64,000 nt of DNA from Escherichia phage VpaE1_ev78. A program made the translations under genes and the position numbers. The stretch lies in the sequence record LR597663, one strand, 5' to 3'. Positions 42,218-51,049 of the stretch are shown here, piece by piece. Each line of letters starts with the position of its first letter. The stretch's first letter is position 1. Below the pieces are notes generated by a model, which ran no database searches, had not been told where the DNA came from, and saw nothing but the letters and a program-made list of their open reading frames with translations.

Positions 42218-42640
42218 ATGCAGAAAATGTTTGTTCACCCAGACATAGCTGACTTTGTTAGAGCTTTGCAGAAGTTGGAAGAACTTGACATTGCTGCTCA
42301 ACGGGAATATGCTCACCATCACAGGAGAATGGTTGATATACAACATGAAATAGAGTTGTCTGAAAACTATGAAGATGACTTAAAATGCTCTGTATTTGAG
42401 CATATGAAAGATGTTGCTACAGCTAGACGTAAAGCTAAAGACACAGTTGCTTTACTAGATTCTCTTAAAAAGAGGTTGCAAAGTGGTACAGACCTGTGTA
42501 ATCTAGCGTCACTGATTAACGATGTTGAAACTTCTTGGGATAGGCACTATTATCCACGTTCTGAAAAGACACTTGACTTTTCTTCATCAGAAAACTTAAA
42601 ATGTTCTAGAAAGAAACTTAACCAACTGAGAGAGAAATAA
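42218..42640 (+). CDS. hypothetical early protein (140 aa)
   Basis: RBS AAAGAGG; first gene after divergent control region. Confidence 0.55.
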   Translation: MQKMFVHPDIADFVRALQKLEELDIAAQREYAHHHRRMVDIQHEIELSENYEDDLKCSVFEHMKDVATARRKAKDTVALLDSLKKRLQSGTDLCNLASLINDVETSWDRHYYPRSEKTLDFSSSENLKCSRKKLNQLREK

Positions 42641-42641
42641 T

Positions 42642-43454
42642 ATGAATATCGATGTAGAAAAGATGCTTGAAGAAAAAGGTATTGACGAAGCATTTTTAAT
42701 CAATGCCGTAGAAAGCATGGCTATGATTCTTCGTGGGAACAACTACACAGAACAGTTTATGCCTGCAAGCTACAACTTGCCTGAAGACAAGTCTGATAAC
42801 GGTGCTTTTGCAGAACAGGTCAACATGATGCTTTGTGACAAAAAACTTGCTTTAGCATCTATTGTTGTAGGTGTCGATGCTCTTGCAGAGTTCATTTTTT
42901 ATGAGATGCAGAAAAATGACTATATTGCCATGACCTCTGAAGAAAAAGACTCACTACTGCTCTTAGATAATAATGAGCTAATTGACCTGTTAATTTCGTC
43001 AACGAGTGCTGTTATGGCTGCTCTTGAGAAGCGAATGGAAGAGAAGCTGTCACGATATGAAAAGCTTGATTGGGGTGTAGAGGAATTAAACCCACGAATC
43101 AAAGAGATTATCCAGCAAACCAAAGATTCTTTGGAAGAAGCTGTAAAAAATGATTCTGTAGCTGACATAGAACCACTTCAGGTGAAAGTTGCATTGATGA
43201 TTCCAGCCATCTCTACGATGATGAATATCGTTGCACTAATCCAGCTTTCACAGATGATGGGCACAAGCATTGAGTTCATTGAGAGTATGACTGGTGGTGT
43301 GAGTATGCAAGCAATCAATGATGTTCTGGTGAGCATTGGTGCTTCAATCATTGAAGAGAAGCTGCGCATTAACTTTGGTGATGATTTTGTGAAGCAAATC
43401 TCAGCTATGGCTGAAAAAGAGTATTCACAGGCTAATACTGACCAACTGCACTAA
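42642..43454 (+). CDS. hypothetical protein (270 aa)
   Basis: Coupled ORF; acidic and helical; no recognised motif. Confidence 0.55.
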   Translation: MNIDVEKMLEEKGIDEAFLINAVESMAMILRGNNYTEQFMPASYNLPEDKSDNGAFAEQVNMMLCDKKLALASIVVGVDALAEFIFYEMQKNDYIAMTSEEKDSLLLLDNNELIDLLISSTSAVMAALEKRMEEKLSRYEKLDWGVEELNPRIKEIIQQTKDSLEEAVKNDSVADIEPLQVKVALMIPAISTMMNIVALIQLSQMMGTSIEFIESMTGGVSMQAINDVLVSIGASIIEEKLRINFGDDFVKQISAMAEKEYSQANTDQLH

Positions 43455-43471
43455 GTCTTTATAAATCTTAC

Positions 43472-43497
43472 AAGCCTCCTTAGTTGGGGGCTTTTTA
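43472..43497 (+). terminator. intrinsic terminator (AAGCCTCC...GGGGGCTT plus TTTT)
   Basis: Hairpin and T-run after 43454. Confidence 0.6.
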
Positions 43498-43515
43498 GTA
43501 ATTAATGGAGATAAA

Positions 43516-44259
43516 ATGAGTAATATTATAGCATTTACTGGAAAGGCGCGTTCTGGAAAAGACACCTCATGTTCTATTGTGAAGAACATCTTAGAGGATG
43601 AGCACGGCTACAATGTTGCAGTAATGGCCTTTGCAGACAACCTTAAACTATCTGCATCAAAGATATTTGACTTGACTTGGAATGACCTGTACGGTGAAAC
43701 TAAAGAGACTCCGCAGGTATTTGACTTATCATATCATGAACTGATGTTTAAAGTTACGGAAGCTATGGAGTTCACCTTCAGGGATGAACGTTACCATATG
43801 GACTTCAAGCTTATGTCAGAGTTAACCGGACGATTAATCATGGAGCTTAAGAAGGTTGCTAAACCGACTCTATTGACACGTCTGGGGTTTAGTAAAAAGT
43901 ATAAATTCTCATCAAGACAAATTCAACAGATTTGGGGTACTGAAGTTGTCCGTAAAGTAATGGGCGACAAGTTCTGGTCTAAAGACCTTGAAAAAAGAAT
44001 GGTTAGATTCCATGAAATGTGCTCACTTAGAAATCAATATGGTTTTGTCTTAATCAGTGATTTAAGATTTGACTCTGAAGCTGAATGGCTGAGTAGATTT
44101 GCACACCAAACTATTGAAGTAAAAAGAGACAATGTGGACAAAGTTTCATCACATGTTTCAGAAAATGGGATTTCTACAAAATATGAGCGTGACATTATTC
44201 ATAATAATGGTACTCTTGCAGACCTTGAGAACAAGCTAAGAGCCATCATTAAAGTTTGA
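43516..44259 (+). CDS. deoxynucleoside monophosphate kinase (T4 gp1-like)
   Basis: P-loop FTGKARSGKDT at N-terminus; length and layout match phage dNMP kinases. Confidence 0.7.
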   Translation: MSNIIAFTGKARSGKDTSCSIVKNILEDEHGYNVAVMAFADNLKLSASKIFDLTWNDLYGETKETPQVFDLSYHELMFKVTEAMEFTFRDERYHMDFKLMSELTGRLIMELKKVAKPTLLTRLGFSKKYKFSSRQIQQIWGTEVVRKVMGDKFWSKDLEKRMVRFHEMCSLRNQYGFVLISDLRFDSEAEWLSRFAHQTIEVKRDNVDKVSSHVSENGISTKYERDIIHNNGTLADLENKLRAIIKV

Positions 44260-44468
44260 AAGAGATAATGAAGATGAGAGTAAAAGACAATTTTAAAGTT
44301 ATTGACCACCGTTTAGTGGAACTCTCATCTCTTTCCAATGAGGTAATGATTGAACGTCTTAAGAGAGTTGAATCACGAAGGAAAGAGATTGCAGATGAAA
44401 TTCATGAACTGGACAAGATTGAAAATGGATTGAAGGCAGAACTACAACGAAGAGGTGCTAATGTCTAA
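44256..44468 (+). CDS. hypothetical coiled-coil protein (70 aa)
   Basis: Coupled ORF. Confidence 0.4.
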   Translation: MKEIMKMRVKDNFKVIDHRLVELSSLSNEVMIERLKRVESRRKEIADEIHELDKIENGLKAELQRRGANV

Positions 44469-46446
44469 AGGTCGTAAATTGAAAGAGGCTGGTCAGTTTG
44501 TTGGTCATTGCGCATGTCCACGTTGTGGTTCATCAGATGCTGGTTCAATCTATCACCATGACGATGATTCTTATTCAATGACTTGCTTTAGTTGTAACAA
44601 AGGTTTCCCAGAGTGGGATTTTGATAAAGGACAAATCGTGAGCACTTATTCTACTGGTTCAGACAATAAAAACCGTACTTTCCGTGGAATGGATTTAGAC
44701 GATGTGAAAGAAAACCTTGAAGCAATGGACTTAAAGGACAGGAAGATTCCTGCAAAAGTTCTTGAGCGTTTGGGTATCAAGGTTGACATTGACAGTGACG
44801 GTGAAATTGATGCGCATTTCTATCCAACTTACAAACGTAATGAAGATGGTAAGCTAGAGCACGTCGGTTACCGTGTACGTCATCGTTATCCAGAAGACCA
44901 TCCAAAAGAACACCTACGAGGTAAGCTAAAAGACTTCTCAGGTGGTGTTGGAGACATTAAAGGTGAACTGGCAATGTTCGGTTCATGGATTGCTCCAGAA
45001 GGTGGTAACCGTCTATTCATCTGGGAAGGTGAGATGGAATGTGCGACAGCAATCTATATGACTTCTCTTGCGATTAAGGACAAGTCTCGTCGTAAGAATT
45101 ACTGTCACGTATCTGTTCCATCAGGTGCAAACATCAAGTCTATCAAAGATAACTATCAGTACATTACATCCTTTGATGAAATTTACTTGTGCTTTGATAA
45201 CGATGAAGCAGGTGCTAAAGCCACTAAAGAGGCTGCTGGTATCCTACCTATTGAGAAGGTTCGTTTATTCCAGTACCCAGAGGGTGTAAAAGACCTTAAC
45301 GAATGGTGGACAAAGTTCTATAAAGAAAAAGATACAGTTCTGGAAGGATTTAAGCAGCGTATCTACAATGCACCTCGTTACTGCCCTGCTGGTATCAAGA
45401 ACTTCGCAGATGGTTTTGAGGCAATGAAGAATCGTGGTCAGATTCCATTGATTCCTTTCCCAGAATCTTTCGGAGATTTGAACAGACTGACTTATGGTGG
45501 TTACGGTTTAGGTGAGATTACAACTCTGGCAGCACCATCTTCAGTGGGTAAATCTGCATACACTCGTGAAATGATTTATACTGCTTGGAAAGATACCGAT
45601 TACAATATTGGTGTAATTCCTGTAGAAGATACCTATGAAGAGTTGATGGAGATGCTCTGTGCAATCCACCTGAGCAAGCAGATTTCTGAGATTCCTTATG
45701 ACGAACGTGATTGGGATGAATTGAAGAAGGCACACGCAGAACTGTCTAAAGGTCGTCGTATCCACATCGTTGACCATCAAGGGGCAATTGACCAAGATAA
45801 CTTGCTGGAGTTTGTTGACTATCTTGTTAACAGCTTAGACTGTAAGATTATTATTCTCGACCCTATTACGTTGGCTCTGTCACGTTCAGATACGGATGAA
45901 GAGGAAGTTTTATCTGAGCTATTGCGTCGTTGCAAACGCTACCAGTATGCACAGGTGAACGTCTGTCACGTTCGTAAGAGTGCAGGTGGTCAGAAGGCTA
46001 ACTCCGAAGGTGGAGATATCTCTGAAGAGGATATTAAAGGTTCTGGTGCGTATTTCCAGATTTCTATGAACAACATTCTGTTAATGCGTAACAAGGTTGA
46101 CCCAGACCCTGTTAAGAAAAACTTGACAAAAATCAAGTTAACTAAATGCCGTCGTCACGGTAAGTCAACAGGTATTGCTGGTCATACTTGGTACAATCCA
46201 GATACAGGACGTCTCATTAAAGCCTCTGGTTGTGGAGTTGACATTGATGGTGCAGCAGAAAATATTCGCCAACAGTTTGGTATTGGTGAAGCTGAAGACC
46301 ATTACGATGACTCTTTGCCACATTATGAGGATGAAGTGTTTGACCGTGAGACTGGTGAAGTCTATACTGAAGAGCAGCGTCAAAGCTCAACGATTCCACC
46401 TGTATTAAGTGAGGATGCAGATGACTGCCCGTTCGAAACTGAGTGA
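44461..46446 (+). CDS. DNA primase-helicase (T7 gp4-like)
   Basis: Zinc ribbon CACPRCG...CFSCN, TOPRIM WEGEME...DNDEAG, DnaB-type Walker A APSSVGKSA and Walker B IIILDP; start trimmed to ATG after AGAGGTG. Confidence 0.85.
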   Translation: MSKGRKLKEAGQFVGHCACPRCGSSDAGSIYHHDDDSYSMTCFSCNKGFPEWDFDKGQIVSTYSTGSDNKNRTFRGMDLDDVKENLEAMDLKDRKIPAKVLERLGIKVDIDSDGEIDAHFYPTYKRNEDGKLEHVGYRVRHRYPEDHPKEHLRGKLKDFSGGVGDIKGELAMFGSWIAPEGGNRLFIWEGEMECATAIYMTSLAIKDKSRRKNYCHVSVPSGANIKSIKDNYQYITSFDEIYLCFDNDEAGAKATKEAAGILPIEKVRLFQYPEGVKDLNEWWTKFYKEKDTVLEGFKQRIYNAPRYCPAGIKNFADGFEAMKNRGQIPLIPFPESFGDLNRLTYGGYGLGEITTLAAPSSVGKSAYTREMIYTAWKDTDYNIGVIPVEDTYEELMEMLCAIHLSKQISEIPYDERDWDELKKAHAELSKGRRIHIVDHQGAIDQDNLLEFVDYLVNSLDCKIIILDPITLALSRSDTDEEEVLSELLRRCKRYQYAQVNVCHVRKSAGGQKANSEGGDISEEDIKGSGAYFQISMNNILLMRNKVDPDPVKKNLTKIKLTKCRRHGKSTGIAGHTWYNPDTGRLIKASGCGVDIDGAAENIRQQFGIGEAEDHYDDSLPHYEDEVFDRETGEVYTEEQRQSSTIPPVLSEDADDCPFETE

Positions 46447-46702
46447 TAGCTATAAAAGAGAGGGGTTCACACCCTTCTTTGAAGAAAAAAGTTTAAATAA
46501 ATTTCATGAAGAGTGTTTGACAAAGATTGATAGGTTCTATAGAATGCTCCACATGAAATGCGATGGAGAAGTTGAAATAGAACAACAGTTCCATCAAAGT
46601 ATGATTACAGTCATCATTACACTGCCTCAGCATAATATTGGTTGGCTGTTTATAATGAAAGAAAATGTGTTTGAATATCAAGTATATCGGAGAATATCAT
46701 GA
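46409..46702 (+). CDS. hypothetical protein (overlaps primase 3-prime end)
   Basis: ORF-track ORF; true start uncertain. Confidence 0.25.
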   Translation: MRMQMTARSKLSDSYKREGFTPFFEEKSLNKFHEECLTKIDRFYRMLHMKCDGEVEIEQQFHQSMITVIITLPQHNIGWLFIMKENVFEYQVYRRIS

Positions 46703-46848
46703 AACACTCTAAAGCATTTGAAAAAGTTTTTGGGGATTCCTTAAAAGCCACTGCTGGAAAACCAGCAAAATACTATGAAGAAAAACGTGTAAGAACTGGA
46801 AAAACTGCACGTAAAGCAGCTTCTAAAGATAAGCACAACTTCCAGTAA
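46699..46848 (+). CDS. hypothetical small Lys-rich protein (about 49 aa)
   Basis: ATGA-coupled small ORF not in ORF track (below size cutoff); read manually. Confidence 0.3.
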   Translation: MKHSKAFEKVFGDSLKATAGKPAKYYEEKRVRTGKTARKAASKDKHNFQ

Positions 46849-46855
46849 TTAGTAT

Positions 46856-46884
46856 TTGACAATAGAGTATCAACAAATTAGAAT
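46856..46884 (+). promoter_or_regulatory. sigma70-like promoter (TTGACA, 17 nt, TAGAAT)
   Basis: Near-consensus hexamers about 35 nt upstream of SSB-like gene. Confidence 0.55.
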
Positions 46885-46920
46885 TGGTACTCTTCATAAA
46901 TTGAGATAGAGGTTTAAATA

Positions 46921-47778
46921 ATGTCTAAAGTTGTTAAAATGAAAGCTCCGGTAGAGAAGTACAACGGTACTGAACGTCAAACTCTGCGTTACCTGCTGAA
47001 AGATGTCTGGTTTTATTACCTGAACACTTCACCACGTCCGGGTAAAGGTAAATCTATTGACAAGAAATTCCCAGGAAAAGATTGTAACTACAGCGTATCA
47101 ATTCTGGCAGAAGACGGTAACAAACTCTTTAAAGAGTTTACTAAGTCTAAGAAGAACCCAGAGGGTTGGGATAAAGTTACTACTGAAGCAGTTGATGCAG
47201 ATGACTTCGAAGAGAAGTTTGGCTGCAAACCACCATTTGAAGCAGACACTTACTACATCTTGAAAGTAAGTCGTGCAGCAGCTTATAAAGATGGTGCTGT
47301 ATGGACAGCTAAACAGTCATTCCCTGTAATGCTGATTGAAGAAGTGAATGGTAAGCGTGTAGCTGTTAAGCAGCCGATGAAGAAAATCAAAGCTCAAGCA
47401 TCTGATAAACATGAAGATGACAAGAACTATGATGTAATTCATCCAGATATCGCAGTTGGTAACGGTTCTTTTGGTAGTGTGATTCTTTCTACTCACTTCT
47501 ACACTTTTGAGAACAATGTTCTGACAAAACCTATTCAGGAACAGTTTATCATCGATACCCTTGTACCTTACACTGGTGGTAACGGTGCTAATGGTGAACC
47601 TGAACTGGATGAAGATGAACTGGCTATGCTTGGTCTTGATGGTGTCGAAGATAACGGTGAAATCACTGAAGAAGACGCAACAGACCATAAATCTTCGAAT
47701 GATTCTGATGATGGTGATGATGAAGATTTGCCAGACCCAGATGACGAAGAAGATGAAGACTTCGATACAGAAGACTAA
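46921..47778 (+). CDS. single-stranded DNA-binding protein (T7 gp2.5-like, putative)
   Basis: Highly acidic C-terminal tail with aromatic residue (DDEEDEDFDTED); strong RBS; own promoter and terminator. Confidence 0.5.
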   Translation: MSKVVKMKAPVEKYNGTERQTLRYLLKDVWFYYLNTSPRPGKGKSIDKKFPGKDCNYSVSILAEDGNKLFKEFTKSKKNPEGWDKVTTEAVDADDFEEKFGCKPPFEADTYYILKVSRAAAYKDGAVWTAKQSFPVMLIEEVNGKRVAVKQPMKKIKAQASDKHEDDKNYDVIHPDIAVGNGSFGSVILSTHFYTFENNVLTKPIQEQFIIDTLVPYTGGNGANGEPELDEDELAMLGLDGVEDNGEITEEDATDHKSSNDSDDGDDEDLPDPDDEEDEDFDTED

Positions 47779-47796
47779 TCTCTAAAAGTTACTTTA

Positions 47797-47824
47797 AAGC
47801 CCTGTACTTAGTATGGGGCTTTTT
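47797..47824 (+). terminator. intrinsic terminator (AAGCCC...GGGGCTT plus TTTT)
   Basis: Hairpin and T-run after 47778. Confidence 0.6.
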
Positions 47825-47840
47825 CATATGGAGAGCCATA

Positions 47841-48881
47841 ATGGAGAAGTACACATTAACAAAACTTCCCGATTCAGTTACACATGTTTTTATTGACTCT
47901 GACAGCATTGCCTATAAAGGTGCTTGTGTAGTTGAGAAAGCAAAATATAAATACGTCAATAAACTCACAGCAGAAGAATCTGAACCATTTGACAATGCGA
48001 AAGATGCTGCAAGATGGTTAGCAGACCAGAGAATCCTTGTGGAAGAACTTGGCCTGACATTTGATGAAGATGAATGGGAAAGACAGACTTGGAAAGAAGC
48101 TAAGAGTGAAAAAGAAGCTATCATGGCTACTCAACAGGTGCTTCAGGAATGGCTTAAGATTGTTGGTAAAGAAAGAACTTGGGTAGGTTATTTAACAGAG
48201 AAAGGTGTGCATAAACATAAAGACATTAAAGGTCTTGAGCACCAATATCAAGGTAACCGTAAAGATGCTGTCACACCAACACACTTAGTCGCTTGTCGTG
48301 AATACCTTCTGTCAAGACCAGAGTTCAAACTCTTAAAGGGAGGATTCGAAGCCGATTCAATCGTAATTGCTAAAGCTGAAAAGATGGGTAAGAAAGCTGC
48401 TCTTATGAGTATTGACAAAGACCTTCGACAAGCTGAAGGAACTTATTGTATTGATATGACTTATGAAAAATCACCACTAATTTTTATTGCTGATAATAAT
48501 GTTGGTGATATCTGGGATTGTCCTATCAAATCAAAACCAAAAGCTGCAAAAACAGTTGGTGTAGGTTTTAAATTCTTGTGTTATCAGGCTGTTGCTGGAG
48601 ACAATGCAGACAACTACTTCGGCCTAAAAGGGGCTGGTAAAGTAGCTGTGATGAATGCTTTAGATGGTAAAGAGACCTACAAAGAGTGTCTTGATGCTAT
48701 CTATGAACTTTATGCTAAAAAAGACTCTTATACCTATGTGTCATGGGATGGACAGACTGTTACCAAAACACCATTAGAGTTAATGGAACAGCATTTCTGG
48801 ATAGCGTATCAAGAGAGAAATCCAAAAGATAATTTCTCTTTTAAGAAATATAATTGGGAGCCGTGTATGAATGAAGATTAA
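47841..48881 (+). CDS. 5-3 exonuclease / flap endonuclease (T4 RNase H-like)
   Basis: N-terminal acidic cluster HVFIDSDSIAY and H3TH-like AGDNADNYFGLKGAG. Confidence 0.65.
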   Translation: MEKYTLTKLPDSVTHVFIDSDSIAYKGACVVEKAKYKYVNKLTAEESEPFDNAKDAARWLADQRILVEELGLTFDEDEWERQTWKEAKSEKEAIMATQQVLQEWLKIVGKERTWVGYLTEKGVHKHKDIKGLEHQYQGNRKDAVTPTHLVACREYLLSRPEFKLLKGGFEADSIVIAKAEKMGKKAALMSIDKDLRQAEGTYCIDMTYEKSPLIFIADNNVGDIWDCPIKSKPKAAKTVGVGFKFLCYQAVAGDNADNYFGLKGAGKVAVMNALDGKETYKECLDAIYELYAKKDSYTYVSWDGQTVTKTPLELMEQHFWIAYQERNPKDNFSFKKYNWEPCMNED

Positions 48882-49368
48882 AGGATTTGGCAATTGCCCT
48901 ACCTATGGTCATTGGGTATCTTTATGTGGGGAAGTTGACCCCACTAAACATTTTGGCTTTGTCTATTTAGTACACTGTAAGAAGACTGGACAATATTATA
49001 TTGGAAAGAAACAGCTTAACAGTGTGACCAAAAGAAAAGTTGCTGGGAAGACTCGGAAGAAGGTAGTCACTAAGGAAAGTGATTGGATGACTTACGAAAC
49101 CTCTTCTGAGTATATTAAAAAAGATATTGAGAGCTTTGGAAAAGAATTTTTTGACTTTTACATTATTCAGACCTACTACACAAAAGGTGGCCTAGTCTAT
49201 GGTGAAGCAAACCTTCAACATAAATTCGATGTAATGACAAAAAGGATTGACTCGAAGCTCAGACTCTTCTACAATGCCAATATTGCAGCAATTAAGTTTA
49301 TTACTAAAGAAACTTATGAAGATGCTGAAAAAAGAATCCATAAGGTAATGAAAGCAAATTGTGCTTGA
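48871..49368 (+). CDS. hypothetical protein, possible GIY-YIG-like nuclease
   Basis: Weak motif FVYLVHCKKTGQYYIGKK; low confidence. Confidence 0.3.
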   Translation: MKIKGFGNCPTYGHWVSLCGEVDPTKHFGFVYLVHCKKTGQYYIGKKQLNSVTKRKVAGKTRKKVVTKESDWMTYETSSEYIKKDIESFGKEFFDFYIIQTYYTKGGLVYGEANLQHKFDVMTKRIDSKLRLFYNANIAAIKFITKETYEDAEKRIHKVMKANCA

Positions 49369-49389
49369 TAACTATTGAGAGAGAATAAA

Positions 49390-49620
49390 ATGTTTAACAA
49401 AAGCAAAGCTGTGAGTCATGTAGCAAAAGTTGACAGCAAGATTGAAGAACTTGAGCGCATCCTTGCAAATGCTAGAGAGTCAATAATCAAAGAAGTTGAA
49501 GCTGTTGAATCTCAAATGCAGCACCTAATGCTTAAACGTCAAGAGCTACGTGAGCATCTAGAATATATTGAAACACGAGAGCTAAAAGTTAACAGATTTT
49601 TAAGGAGTCCAAATGTTTAA
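49390..49620 (+). CDS. hypothetical coiled-coil protein (76 aa)
   Basis: Trimmed to ATG after GAGAGAG RBS. Confidence 0.4.
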   Translation: MFNKSKAVSHVAKVDSKIEELERILANARESIIKEVEAVESQMQHLMLKRQELREHLEYIETRELKVNRFLRSPNV

Positions 49621-50368
49621 CTCAAGAGAAGCAGTAAAAAACTGGAATCTTCGTTGTGGAAACACTCAAAAGCAACCTTACAGTGATGAGTATTGGGAAT
49701 CTTTAAAATCCCAGTCTCTGTGTATGCTGGAAGAAGCAAAAGAGCTTGTAAAAGCAATTGAAGAGAAAGACCCCATTGAGACACTGGATGCTCAGGCAGA
49801 TTTGCAATATGTTCTTGACGGTTTGATTTACCTGTCACAACATGACCATAACGGTGCTATGAAAGCTGTTTGCCGTAATAATGACCTGAAGTACACAGAT
49901 GACTATGAAGAAGCTTTAAAACGTCTTGCAGATATTGAGAAGCGTACTGGTCAAGAGTGTATTATCAGAATGTCAGTAGTTGATGGTAAAGAGTGGTATG
50001 CCATTGTTCGTGCAGCAGATGGGAAGATTATGAAGCAATCGAATCTCCCTAAAGTACAGCTTGGTGAATACATTGTAGAACTTGAAAGCCAAGAACTTTT
50101 TGTGGTAGTATCTGAGACATGCGTTATCTGCAAAGGTATTGTAGGTAGCTTAAAGGATTTGGGTGTAGATGGTTTTGTAGAAGTTAATCCAATTACCTCT
50201 AAAGCAGATAAAGACTTCTGTAAAGAGAATGGACTATGGATTGCAGATATTGTCTATTATGATGGTGAGCAGTTCCATGTAACCTCATACCCGAAACTGA
50301 ATTATGATGCTAATAACCTGAAGTGCTGGTTAAAAGGGGTTGGTTATAATGGATTCACAGAACATTAA
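49613..50368 (+). CDS. MazG-like nucleotide pyrophosphohydrolase domain fused to unknown C-terminal domain (putative)
   Basis: N-terminal helical region with EE..E....EE.D and LDAQADL acidic pattern; inference only. Confidence 0.35.
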   Translation: MFNSREAVKNWNLRCGNTQKQPYSDEYWESLKSQSLCMLEEAKELVKAIEEKDPIETLDAQADLQYVLDGLIYLSQHDHNGAMKAVCRNNDLKYTDDYEEALKRLADIEKRTGQECIIRMSVVDGKEWYAIVRAADGKIMKQSNLPKVQLGEYIVELESQELFVVVSETCVICKGIVGSLKDLGVDGFVEVNPITSKADKDFCKENGLWIADIVYYDGEQFHVTSYPKLNYDANNLKCWLKGVGYNGFTEH

Positions 50369-50672
50369 TAAAGAGGGTGTGGCTCAGAAGAGCCACTTCT
50401 CAAACTACAATATTTCTATGACGGTGTTCATGAATGACCCGTTACTAGAAAAATATGGTGAGACTCCAGATACACTTCTGGACAATGAACAAGTTTTAAA
50501 AGCAGTCCTGTACAAATATGGGATTGATATTGAGAAAGAATATTCCTTTGAAATCTGCCAACACAGGAATACTTTCGGTAAAGTTGTGATGGCTCCACTC
50601 TTTATGGGTGTAGAAAGGACTGACTATGGTTGGTTATATCTAAAAAGAAACTTGGAGAAATACCGTGTCTAA
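50340..50672 (+). CDS. hypothetical protein (110 aa)
   Basis: ORF in early block. Confidence 0.4.
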   Translation: MVIMDSQNINKEGVAQKSHFSNYNISMTVFMNDPLLEKYGETPDTLLDNEQVLKAVLYKYGIDIEKEYSFEICQHRNTFGKVVMAPLFMGVERTDYGWLYLKRNLEKYRV

Positions 50673-51003
50673 AGCAAAAAAGCTATCTTATGATGATATT
50701 GTCTCAGGTGCTAAGTTAGGCGTTGACAGCCTCGGACAAGATGTTAAGCACGGGGACACAGTTATGTACTGTGATGACCGAAGAGGTAGAAGTGCAATCT
50801 TGTTTGGAAGAATTGTTTGCAAGATGCGAGGCAATTACGTTGTTGCAGACATGGATGTGAACGTTACACAAAAACTTGAAACACTTATGGATGATAATAC
50901 ATCATCATGGTTCTCCCTGAACTGTATGCACACTTCTTCAGTCACAAAAGTAAGTGATAAGTTTTACGATATGTGGCAGAATGAGCAAATTTTCAAGATT
51001 TAA
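50665..51003 (+). CDS. hypothetical protein (112 aa)
   Basis: ORF followed by strong terminator. Confidence 0.45.
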   Translation: MSKAKKLSYDDIVSGAKLGVDSLGQDVKHGDTVMYCDDRRGRSAILFGRIVCKMRGNYVVADMDVNVTQKLETLMDDNTSSWFSLNCMHTSSVTKVSDKFYDMWQNEQIFKI

Positions 51004-51007
51004 ACTA

Positions 51008-51031
51008 GGGAGCCTCTTCGGAGGCTCTTTT
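51008..51031 (+). terminator. intrinsic terminator (GGGAGCCTC-TTCG-GAGGCTC plus TTTT)
   Basis: GC hairpin with TTCG tetraloop and T-run. Confidence 0.7.
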
Positions 51032-51049
51032 CATCTGTAGGATTCAAAA

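Noticed and set aside
39261-46446. Possible intron or intein in DNA polymerase or primase-helicase, as seen in some large phages
   Set aside because: Both ORFs are continuous with catalytic motifs in normal order and spacing; the HNH-AP2 gene is free-standing downstream of the polymerase
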